DNA of 19,776 nucleotides from Calditrichia bacterium (GTDB lineage: Bacteria; Calditrichota; Calditrichia; RBG-13-44-9). The notes below the pieces were generated by a model that was given only the letters and a program-made list of their open reading frames with translations, was not told where the DNA came from and did no database searches. Position numbers and translations under genes: made by a program. Below are positions 1-7,639 of this stretch, piece after piece. The stretch covers positions 16,060 to 35,835 of the forward strand of contig JARRQT010000077.1 of assembly GCA_037381445.1 (NCBI GenBank), given 5' to 3'. Each line of letters opens with the position of its first letter. The stretch's first letter is position 1.

Positions 1-1
1 G

Positions 2-241
2 ATCGCAAAAAGGAAAAATGTGACGCCGGCTCAACTGGCGCTGGCCTGGGTAATGGCCCGGGGCGAGTATATCGTTCCCATTCCCGGGACAAAACACCGC
101 AAATATGTGGAAGAGAACGCTGCGGCCGCAGAAGTGAAACTGAGCCAGGATGAACTCGCGGAAATCAGCAGGGCACTGCCCCAGGGCGCCGCGGCAGGAT
201 TGCGCTATCCGAAAGAAGTGATGAATCTGGTGAATGGTTGA
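2..241 (+). CDS. Aldo/keto reductase, C-terminal part (gene starts upstream of the window)
   Basis: The frame is open from base 2 (IAKRKNVTPAQLALAWV...). It has the AKR C-terminal motifs TPAQLALAW, IVPIPGTK and EENAAA, and ends at TGA 239-241. Confidence 0.9.
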   Translation: MAKRKNVTPAQLALAWVMARGEYIVPIPGTKHRKYVEENAAAAEVKLSQDELAEISRALPQGAAAGLRYPKEVMNLVNG

Positions 242-318
242 TTCGTTTATTTCCGCCGGGTGTTTCTTGAATTATAGGTGCCGGCAAAATTTTTCAAAAC
301 TTGAAGGGAGGGAACCTC

Positions 319-561
319 ATGGGTGATCAGAAAATAGTCGTTTATACGCAGCCGGGCTGAATGTTTTGCGGAAAGCTGAAAGAGTTTCTTTCAGCACACC
401 ACATCAAGTACACGGAACGGGACATTACCAGCGATGAAAAAGCATTAACTGAACTGGAAGATTTGGGGATAATGTCAACGCCGGTCACGCAAATAGGCGA
501 TGAGGTTATTGTCGGGTTTAACCGGGCCCGGCTGGAAGAACTGCTCCATGTCAAGCATTGA
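319..561 (+). CDS. Glutaredoxin/NrdH-like redoxin, predicted selenoprotein (UxxC), 80 aa
   Basis: A strong SD (GAAGGGAGGG, 303-312) precedes ATG 319. Translation is MGDQKIVVYTQPG-[TGA 358-360]-MFCGKLKEFL..., so the TGA occupies the first Cys of the VYTxPGCxxC motif. The downstream cis-Pro motif STPV and IVGFN are typical of NrdH/Grx. A hairpin lies at 375-395. Confidence 0.9.
375..395 (+). promoter_or_regulatory. Candidate bacterial SECIS element of the Grx-like gene
   Basis: GCTGAAAGA-GTT-TCTTTCAGC is a perfect 9-bp stem with a G-containing apical loop. It starts 15 nt after the in-frame UGA. Confidence 0.7.
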
Positions 562-621
562 CAAAGAAGATGCCGCCGACTTATCGCTCAGCGACACTGT
601 CTTTTGTGAATCAGTGAGTCT

Positions 622-801
622 ATGATAGAATATTTCTTTATCTGTCCGTACTGTCTGCAGCGCATATCGATGCTGCTTGACCTGTCAGTGCCGGAACAGT
701 CCTATATTGAGGATTGCGAGATTTGCTGCAATCCGATTAAAATTTCTTACCGGGTCCGTGATTCTGAAATTGCGGAATTTGACGCCCGTATTCTTGAATA
801 A
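622..801 (+). CDS. Small cysteine-rich protein of the CPXCG-motif family (zinc-ribbon-like), 59 aa
   Basis: Hand translation gives MIEYFFICPYCLQRISMLLDLSVPEQSYIEDCEICCNPIKISYRVRDSEIAEFDARILE*. The CPYC and QSYIEDCEICCNPI motifs match this family. It is just under the 60-aa size of the smallest ORFs in the supplied track. Confidence 0.88.
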   Translation: MIEYFFICPYCLQRISMLLDLSVPEQSYIEDCEICCNPIKISYRVRDSEIAEFDARILE

Positions 802-858
802 TATTGTAATTGCGCCTCGCCTTCGGGAAATAGCAGATGAGTGCCAGGGGATGTTCCA

Positions 859-2448
859 ATGACAAATGAAGCGATTTTCATTGTTCTTTTTATGATTGCC
901 ACCGCAGTCGCCATCGGAGTGAGGCGCCTGCGCATTCCCTATACCGTAGCCCTGGTTCTGGCGGGCCTGATTCTGGGGCTGGTCCATGCTTTCCGCCCGC
1001 CCCATTTGACCAAAGAGCTTCTCTTTACTGTTTTCCTGCCCGGACTGCTTTTTGAGGCTGCTTTTCATATCGATTTTCAGGAATTCTGGCGGAATAAAAT
1101 GGCCATCATTTCGCTGGCCGTTCCGGGTGTGATTGCGGCCATGTCGCTTACTACTCTTATTCTGACACCGGTAGCCAATTCCCTCGATTTCATCTCGATT
1201 TTTAGCTGGCATTACGCGCTGGTTTTTGGCGCCCTGATCGCCGCCACCGATCCCATTGCGGTGGTGGCCATGTTCAAGTCGCTGGGAGCGCCGCGAAGAC
1301 TCCGGATTCTGGTGGATGGAGAAAGCCTTCTCAACGACGGCACCGGCATCGTATTTTTTACGCTCAGTCTCTCTCTGGTAAGCGGGGGAAAAGTATCCGC
1401 GCCGGGGCTGTTTCTCGATTTTATTCTGATCGTCGGGATAGGAATTCTGGTGGGGGCCGGCATCGGACTGGCCGTTTCCCAGATCATCCGGCATGTGGAT
1501 GACCCCATGATTGAAATAACCCTGACCACTATTGCGGCCTATGGCGCTTTTATGGTGGCCGAACAACTGCACTACTCGGGCGTTATCGCCACTGTTACCG
1601 CAGGGCTTTTCGCGGGTAATTATGCCGCCCGGACAGGCATGTCGCCTTCTACCCGTATTGCGGTTGAAACCTTCTGGGAATACATGGCGTTCGCGCTGAA
1701 TTCCATTGTTTTTTTGCTCATTGGGTTTGAAGCAAAAATTCCCCATTTGCTGGCTTCCTGGAAAATCGTGATTGTTGCCTTTCTGGCCGTTACAATTGGA
1801 CGGGGAATTGTCATCCTCGGCATGTCCGGCATCCTAAGACGCACCCGCGAGCACATCCCCTGGCCGTGGAGTGCGGTGATGACCTGGGGCGGGCTGCGCG
1901 GCGCCCTTCCCATGGTCCTGGTGCTGAGCCTGCCGGATAATTTTGCCCACCGCGATCTGCTGGTTTCCATGACCTTTGGGGTGGTCATCATATCCATTCT
2001 GCTCAACGGCCTCACTATTTCCCCCTTGCTCCGAAAACTGGGCATTGTAAAGAGCCAGAGAACACGGGAAGAATATGAGATGATCCGGGGGAAACTGCAG
2101 GCGCAGAATGCCGCGCTAGAATTTCTGGACAACATGTCCGCCGCGCGTTTAAAAAATACGGATATCATTAATACCCTGCGCCAGGATTATGAGGAAAAAA
2201 TTGAAAAAAACGAGAGCCGAATCAGTGAAATGCATATTAACCAGGAACAGCTCCATGATGAGGAGTTGGAGTGGGCAAGGCGCCAGCTTCTGCTGGCAGA
2301 AAAAAATGAAGTGCTGGAAGCTTTCCACAGGGGTGTTTTGAGCCAGGAGATTTATGACCGCCTGCTTGCCGATATCGATGCCCGTCTGCTGGAGCTCGAT
2401 ACCAGCAGGGACACGGAGAGAAATTCTGATGAAGAGGACAAAAAATAA
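859..2448 (+). CDS. Na+/H+ antiporter, CPA1 (NhaP/NhaG-like) family, with a soluble C-terminal tail
   Basis: Many hydrophobic helices plus the CPA1 motifs FLPGLLFEAA, ATDPIAV, GESLLNDG and WGGLRGAL. ATG 859 is preferred over GTG 841. Confidence 0.93.
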   Translation: MTNEAIFIVLFMIATAVAIGVRRLRIPYTVALVLAGLILGLVHAFRPPHLTKELLFTVFLPGLLFEAAFHIDFQEFWRNKMAIISLAVPGVIAAMSLTTLILTPVANSLDFISIFSWHYALVFGALIAATDPIAVVAMFKSLGAPRRLRILVDGESLLNDGTGIVFFTLSLSLVSGGKVSAPGLFLDFILIVGIGILVGAGIGLAVSQIIRHVDDPMIEITLTTIAAYGAFMVAEQLHYSGVIATVTAGLFAGNYAARTGMSPSTRIAVETFWEYMAFALNSIVFLLIGFEAKIPHLLASWKIVIVAFLAVTIGRGIVILGMSGILRRTREHIPWPWSAVMTWGGLRGALPMVLVLSLPDNFAHRDLLVSMTFGVVIISILLNGLTISPLLRKLGIVKSQRTREEYEMIRGKLQAQNAALEFLDNMSAARLKNTDIINTLRQDYEEKIEKNESRISEMHINQEQLHDEELEWARRQLLLAEKNEVLEAFHRGVLSQEIYDRLLADIDARLLELDTSRDTERNSDEEDKK

Positions 2449-2496
2449 TGATGCAAGCCGGGTAACCGGCCTTAATCCAAAAAGCGGGGAGGTGTG

Positions 2497-3498
2497 ATGA
2501 ACAGAAGAATGAATCATGAGGTCCGTTTGAAATACAGGCCGATTGGTATGCCAAAAGAGAGCGACTTTGAAATTGCGGAGACTGCGGTGCCGGAGCCCGG
2601 AGAGGGAGAAGTTCTGGTGCGGAATATTTTTTTATCCGTCGATCCCTATATGCTGGGAAGAATGTACGAGCGTAAAAGTTATGTTCCGCCTTTTGCGCTT
2701 GGGAAACCGCTGGACGGAGGATGTGTGGGCGAAGTGGTGCAGTCCGGGCATGAAAAATACAGAACAGGAGATTACGTGCTGGGATCCAAAGGCTGGCGCG
2801 AGTATTATGTTTCCGAGGGTTCTGAGATCACGAAGATTGATACCAGCGCTGTGCCGGCAGAAACATACCTGGGCGTGATGGGTATGCCGGGAATGACCGC
2901 TTATTATGGTTTGCTCCATATCGGGCAGCCCCGGGAAGGACAAACGGTCTTCGTCTCGGCGGCTTCGGGAGCGGTTGGTTCGGTGGTCTGCCAGATCGCT
3001 AAAATAAAGGGATGCCGCATCCTTGGCAGCGCCGGGTCCGATGAGAAAATCAGGTGGTTGACGGAAGAGGCCGGCATCGATGCGGCTATCAATTATAAAA
3101 AAACCGATGACCTTACAGCCGAAGTCGGCAGCCATTGTCCCGACGGCATTGATATCTATTTCGACAATGTGGGTGGCACACATCTGGAGGCCGCCATTGA
3201 GCATATGAATAACAATGGCCGGCTGGTCCTGTGCGGCATGATATCACAGTACGCCGGTCAGCGGTCGGGGCCCCGGAATATCTTTCTGGCTGTATCCAAA
3301 CGTCTGCTGCTGCAGGGATTTATTATCCGGGACCATCAGGACATTCGGGGACAGTTTTATAAGGATATGGGAAGATGGATCACGGAAGGCAGGATCAGGT
3401 GGAAAGATACGGTAGTGGAAGGCATTGAAAATGCTCCGGCTGCTTTTCTGGGGCTTTTCAGCGGAGACAATGTCGGAAAGATGCTGGTGAAGGTTTGA
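2497..3498 (+). CDS. NADP-dependent oxidoreductase (MDR superfamily, prostaglandin/alkenal reductase, CurA-like)
   Basis: Motifs LSVDPYM, GMPGMTAYYGL, VSAASGAVGS, DIYFDNVGG, CGMISQY and GDNVGKMLV. SD GGAGG lies just upstream. The start could be 2494, 2497 or 2509. Confidence 0.93.
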   Translation: MNRRMNHEVRLKYRPIGMPKESDFEIAETAVPEPGEGEVLVRNIFLSVDPYMLGRMYERKSYVPPFALGKPLDGGCVGEVVQSGHEKYRTGDYVLGSKGWREYYVSEGSEITKIDTSAVPAETYLGVMGMPGMTAYYGLLHIGQPREGQTVFVSAASGAVGSVVCQIAKIKGCRILGSAGSDEKIRWLTEEAGIDAAINYKKTDDLTAEVGSHCPDGIDIYFDNVGGTHLEAAIEHMNNNGRLVLCGMISQYAGQRSGPRNIFLAVSKRLLLQGFIIRDHQDIRGQFYKDMGRWITEGRIRWKDTVVEGIENAPAAFLGLFSGDNVGKMLVKV

Positions 3499-3657
3499 CG
3501 ATTGATCCGCCGTCGTGCATGAAGCCGTTGATCCAAATTCGACGGCAAAAGTAAAACATGGGAAGCGGGAGAGATGGCCGGATACTGGTCGCCAGAATGT
3601 TACGGATTATAAGAAAATACATGGAATTAAGGAATTTAAGAGAGGGGAGTATCGGGC

Positions 3658-4128
3658 ATGTCTGAGGTGGTATATGTATCCAAAATAAAGATTGAGTGTT
3701 TCAGTAACGGACTGCGTGATGCGCATTTGCCGGCGGAGGAAAAGCCGGTGATTTTTGGTGTTCATGATGCGATTGCCGAACATTATCATGCCAACCCGGA
3801 TCGTGAACACCAGCATGCGGCAACCCTGGATTATGTGGTGGCTGCGACCGGCGGGTGACTGCTGGGAACGTTTGGCGGCGCGCTGGCAGCGCGTAAGATA
3901 AAGTTGGCAGATAGAGCCCTTACCGCAGACGTGCGGGGAGAAATTGAGCTGGAAGGAGATGTGCTGGTTATCAAGCGGATAAAGGTGAAATATAGTGTCA
4001 CCGCCCCGGCGGATGCCCGAAATATCATTGCCCGGGTTCATGACATGCATGCCCGGCATTGTCCGGTATATCGCTCAATTTATAAAGCCATAAAAATCAC
4101 CACTGATTATGAGCTGAACGAAATCTGA
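3658..4128 (+). CDS. OsmC/Ohr-family protein, predicted selenoprotein, 156 aa
   Basis: Track ORFs 3658-3858 and 3904-4128 are in the same frame and separated by a single TGA (3856-3858). The read-through is TLDYVVAATGG-U-LLGTFGGALAARKI...HARHCPVYRSI. The TGA sits at the first conserved Cys of OsmC proteins, and the second Cys (CPV) is intact. SD GGGGAG is at 3644-3649. Confidence 0.88.
3878..3894 (+). promoter_or_regulatory. Candidate bacterial SECIS element of the OsmC-like gene
   Basis: GCGCGCT-GGC-AGCGCGT is a 7-bp stem (one G-U pair) with a G-containing loop. It starts 20 nt after the in-frame UGA. Confidence 0.6.
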
Positions 4129-4144
4129 AAACGGGGACGGGAAA

Positions 4145-5194
4145 ATGGAAAAAGCTGTGAACGTCGGTCTTGTCGGATTTGGCCTTTCCGGGAGAGTCTT
4201 TCATGCACCTTTTATCAATGCGAACGCCGGACTGAACCTTTGCAAAGTGGTTGAACGGCATTCCGCGAAATCCAGGGAAATTTACCCTCAGGTTGAAGTT
4301 GTTAAAGATATCTCCGAATTGCTAGAAGATGAGAAGATCGATCTGGTGGTCGTTACCACACCCAACCGCCTTCACTACGAAATGGCGGAGCAGGCATTAA
4401 AGACCGGGAAACATGTGGTTCTGGAAAAGCCGTTCACCCTCACTTCCCGGGAAGGGAAGGACTTGATTGAACTGGCCCGCCGTGAAAAAAGAATCCTGAC
4501 TGTTTATCAAAACCGGCGCTGGGACGGAGATTATTTAACGGTCCGGAAAATAATCAAGAATAAATGGGTGGGAGATCCCGTAGAATATGAGGCCCATTTT
4601 GACCGGTTCAAAGATCATGTAAAACCGGATGCCTGGAAAGAGTCGGCCGAACCGGGTGCCGGAATCCTCTATGATCTGGGTCCCCATTTGATTGATCAGG
4701 CGCTGCAGCTTTTTGGCAGGCCCAAAACCGTGACCGCTGACATTCGGATACAGCGGTCGGCCAGCAAGGCGGATGATTACTTTGAGATCGTTTTGGAATA
4801 TGGCTATTTGAAAGCGACCCTGAAAGCGGGAATGCTGGTGCGGGAAAATGGTCCCCATTTTATACTTCACGGCACCCGCGGATCATTTATCAAATATGGA
4901 ATGGATCCGCAGGAGGCGGCCCTCAGAAAAGATATTCCGGTTCAAAATGAAAACTGGGGCGCCGAATCTGAAGAAATGTGGGGCATACTGAATACCCGGA
5001 TTGACGGGCTGCATCTTCGGGGGAAGATCGAGACATTACCCGGATCATACCAGTCCTTCTATCAGAATCTGGCAGAAGCGATTGCCGAAGGCGAGGAAGC
5101 GGCCGTTAAGCCGGAAGAGGCGCTGGATGTTATTCGAGTCATCGAACTGGCCAGACAAAGCAGCACCGAACAGCGGGCCGTTTTATTTAAATAA
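4145..5194 (+). CDS. Gfo/Idh/MocA-family oxidoreductase (YdgJ/IolW-like)
   Basis: Rossmann motif VGLVGFGLSGRVFHAP, plus GKHVVLEKP, VYQNRRWDGD and GILYDLGPHLIDQ. Confidence 0.93.
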   Translation: MEKAVNVGLVGFGLSGRVFHAPFINANAGLNLCKVVERHSAKSREIYPQVEVVKDISELLEDEKIDLVVVTTPNRLHYEMAEQALKTGKHVVLEKPFTLTSREGKDLIELARREKRILTVYQNRRWDGDYLTVRKIIKNKWVGDPVEYEAHFDRFKDHVKPDAWKESAEPGAGILYDLGPHLIDQALQLFGRPKTVTADIRIQRSASKADDYFEIVLEYGYLKATLKAGMLVRENGPHFILHGTRGSFIKYGMDPQEAALRKDIPVQNENWGAESEEMWGILNTRIDGLHLRGKIETLPGSYQSFYQNLAEAIAEGEEAAVKPEEALDVIRVIELARQSSTEQRAVLFK

Positions 5195-5314
5195 TTATAC
5201 GGGATGGTATTTCGGAAAAATCAGGATGCCGGGGCGGTAAACAGATTCAGCAATCTGCGGCCGGAATTTTATTTGCTTCGGAAGAATTAAATGAGAGACG
5301 GGAGATAAAATCCG

Positions 5315-6085
5315 ATGAGCGAGCACATCATTTTAAATAGAGCCGATAATATTTTGCGGATCCGCTTTAACCGGCCGGAAAAGAAAAATGCTCTCACGCT
5401 TGACATGTACAGCGCCATCACCGATGCCCTGAAAGGAGCGGATAAGGATGAAAATATTCGGGTCATCATGCTGGAAGGGAGTGAAGGGAATTTTACCAGC
5501 GGAAATGATTTAAAGGATTTTCTGACTTCACCGCCGTTGGAGGATTCCAGCCCCGTGGTCAGATTCTTGAAGACCATTTCCATGGCCTCCAAACCGATTG
5601 TCGCAAAGGTGGAGGGTGTTGCGGTGGGCGTGGGCACCACCATGCTTTTCCACTGCGATCTGGTTTATGCCTCACCGGATGCCCGGTTTCAGTTTCCTTT
5701 TGTGAATCTGGCGGTGGTTCCGGAAGCCGGCTCCACCTATCTTCTGCCGCGGATGATCGGGCATCAGCGGGCCGCTGAATTATTCATGCTGGCCGATATT
5801 TTCGGTGCTGATTTTGCTTTGGAGGTCGGTCTGGTGAATTTCATTTATTCGCCGGAGTCTCTGGAGGAGCGTGTCACGGTGAAGCTGCAGGAGCTGGCCG
5901 CGAAGCCGGCGGAAGCTATCCGGCTTACGAAATACCTGATGAAGCGGCCCCTTCAGTCCGCGATTCAGGAAGCCATTCAGGAAGAAGGCCGTCATTTCCT
6001 GGCGCAGCTCAAATCGGCGGAGGCCAGGGAAGCCATGGAAGCCTTTTTGGAGCATAGAAAACCGGATTTTTCAAAATTTAAATAA
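5315..6085 (+). CDS. Enoyl-CoA hydratase/isomerase (crotonase superfamily)
   Basis: Motifs NRPEKKNAL, FTSGNDL, KPIVAKVEGVAVGVG, CDLVYA and PFVNLAVVPEAGS, with C-terminal AFLEHRKPDF. Confidence 0.94.
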   Translation: MSEHIILNRADNILRIRFNRPEKKNALTLDMYSAITDALKGADKDENIRVIMLEGSEGNFTSGNDLKDFLTSPPLEDSSPVVRFLKTISMASKPIVAKVEGVAVGVGTTMLFHCDLVYASPDARFQFPFVNLAVVPEAGSTYLLPRMIGHQRAAELFMLADIFGADFALEVGLVNFIYSPESLEERVTVKLQELAAKPAEAIRLTKYLMKRPLQSAIQEAIQEEGRHFLAQLKSAEAREAMEAFLEHRKPDFSKFK

Positions 6086-6163
6086 GATCTCATTTTGAGA
6101 TCTGTCGAAAATTATCGATTCCGGTAAAACTTTATGTTTGATAAAATTTAGGGATACGGGTTA

Positions 6164-7444
6164 ATGTACAGGGGAACCCGCACTGCTGTTCTTGTTTTTA
6201 TCATTTTAGTGTTTCTCAATGTCTTATATGCGCAAGGTTTTTGGAATAGTCTTGCCCGCAGAAATACTCTGACGGGTGACTGGTGGGGAATTCGAAGCGC
6301 TCTCGCCCGGCAGGGCCTGGAATTTTCGGCATTCTATACCGGCCAGGTTTTTGCGGATGTTTCCGGCGGCCTGCGCCGGGGATCGGTTTACCTGGATGAT
6401 ATTGATATTATGCTGGAGGTGGATACCGATAAATTGCTCAACTGGAAGGGCGGTGAAATATTTCTGTATTTCATGGGATTGAACGGGAAAAGTCCTGAAA
6501 AATATATTGGGGATGTGCAGGTCGTCAGCAACATTGCCGCCTATAGTACCTGGAAACTCTATGAATTTTACGTTCAGCAAAAATTTTTTCATCAAAAGTT
6601 GTCCCTGCTGACCGGTTTGTATGATCTCAATTCGGAGTTTGATGTCCTGCGTTCCGCGCTGGTTTATATCAATGCATCACATGGTATTGATCCTACTTTT
6701 TCACAAAGCGGAAGGAATGGTCCTTCCATTTTTCCATATACTACCCTGGGGATCAGGGCCAGACTGCAGCCCCGGCGCTATTTTGGGCCCGGAGCCCGTT
6801 TGATTCTGGTGGAATACAATATCTCGAAAGGCAGTTTCTGGGTCCCCTACCCGATTCCGTTTCCTGAATGGAAAACACTGGCTGGAATTGCCGGGTTCCC
6901 TCCGAAGGAAGAAAAAACCGAGTATTCCGGCAAGTTTGCCCTGGGGTACTGGTTTTACACTGCCCGATTCCGGGCCATTTTCAGGAGACCTTTCGCTCCC
7001 GATCCGGGTGCTTCCAATCCTCTGGTACGGGGCAGCGGCGGTGGCTATCTGTTGTTCGAGAAGGTGCTTTTTCGTGAAAATCAGAATCCCGATCGGAGAC
7101 TGATGTTTTTTACCCGCCTGGGCATCGCAAATGATGAAATGAATCGTTTCGCTGCCTACTATGGCTGGGGTTTAACCTTTTATGGTCTGATTCCGGGACG
7201 GAAGCACGATATTGCAGGTGTGGCAATTGCAATTGCGGATAACGGCGACGATTACAAAAATGAACAGCTTGCGAACGGCCTCCCGGTATATGATGCGGAA
7301 TGGAATTTTGAATTTACCTACCTCAGCCAGATTACGCCCTGGCTGGCGCTGCAGCCCGATATTCAGTATGTCATTCATCCCAACACAAGTCCTGCAATAA
7401 AAAATGCACTGGCGCTTGCTTTCAGTCTCAATATTGCATTCTGA
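6164..7444 (+). CDS. Carbohydrate-selective porin (OprB family); residues 204-245 derive from the methyltransferase gene
   Basis: Signal peptide, LTGDWWGIRSAL, GDVQVVSNI, GLYDLNSEFD, GPSIFP, LQPDIQYVIHP and a terminal Phe, as in outer-membrane beta-barrels. An internal 42-aa block is copied from the methyltransferase. Confidence 0.88.
   Translation: MYRGTRTAVLVFIILVFLNVLYAQGFWNSLARRNTLTGDWWGIRSALARQGLEFSAFYTGQVFADVSGGLRRGSVYLDDIDIMLEVDTDKLLNWKGGEIFLYFMGLNGKSPEKYIGDVQVVSNIAAYSTWKLYEFYVQQKFFHQKLSLLTGLYDLNSEFDVLRSALVYINASHGIDPTFSQSGRNGPSIFPYTTLGIRARLQPRRYFGPGARLILVEYNISKGSFWVPYPIPFPEWKTLAGIAGFPPKEEKTEYSGKFALGYWFYTARFRAIFRRPFAPDPGASNPLVRGSGGGYLLFEKVLFRENQNPDRRLMFFTRLGIANDEMNRFAAYYGWGLTFYGLIPGRKHDIAGVAIAIADNGDDYKNEQLANGLPVYDAEWNFEFTYLSQITPWLALQPDIQYVIHPNTSPAIKNALALAFSLNIAF
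6772..6898 (+). repeat. 127-bp inverted repeat, left copy (inside the porin gene)
   Basis: Compared base by base with the reverse complement of 9076-9202: 126/127 identical, with one mismatch at 6784 (T) opposite 9190 (C). Confidence 0.97.
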
Positions 7445-7639
7445 AGCGCTTTGATTCAGCGAAAACCATGACATGATCTGCAGGCATTTTCTGCAAATGG
7501 GCAATTCCATTTCACGATGCCGAAGGAACCGGAACAGGAGCGTCTCTTTTATTATCCGATTGGTTTTGCAAAAAATATTTATAAATTTCAGATCTGAAAA
7601 TATTTTGATTATATCGGTAAAAATAATCGGGACCTGCAT

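Noticed and set aside
685..1746. Long antisense ORFs (685-1746, 9662-10756, 11298-12167, 12693-13952 and similar)
   Set aside because: They are shadows on the opposite strand of well-supported genes and contain no recognisable motifs.
319..4128. Genome-wide UGA reassignment (code 4 or 25) as the explanation for the in-frame TGAs
   Set aside because: TGA serves as the true stop of several complete genes here (241, 561, 3498, 4128, 7444, 12479), and Trp is encoded by TGG. The two internal TGAs fall only on catalytic Cys positions.
3658..4128. Calling the OsmC-like and Grx-like genes pseudogenes or separate short ORFs
   Set aside because: There are no frameshifts or other decay, SD sites and second Cys residues are intact, each TGA aligns with the active-site Cys, and a hairpin follows each. 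Sec recoding is more parsimonious, although no Sec machinery is visible in this window.
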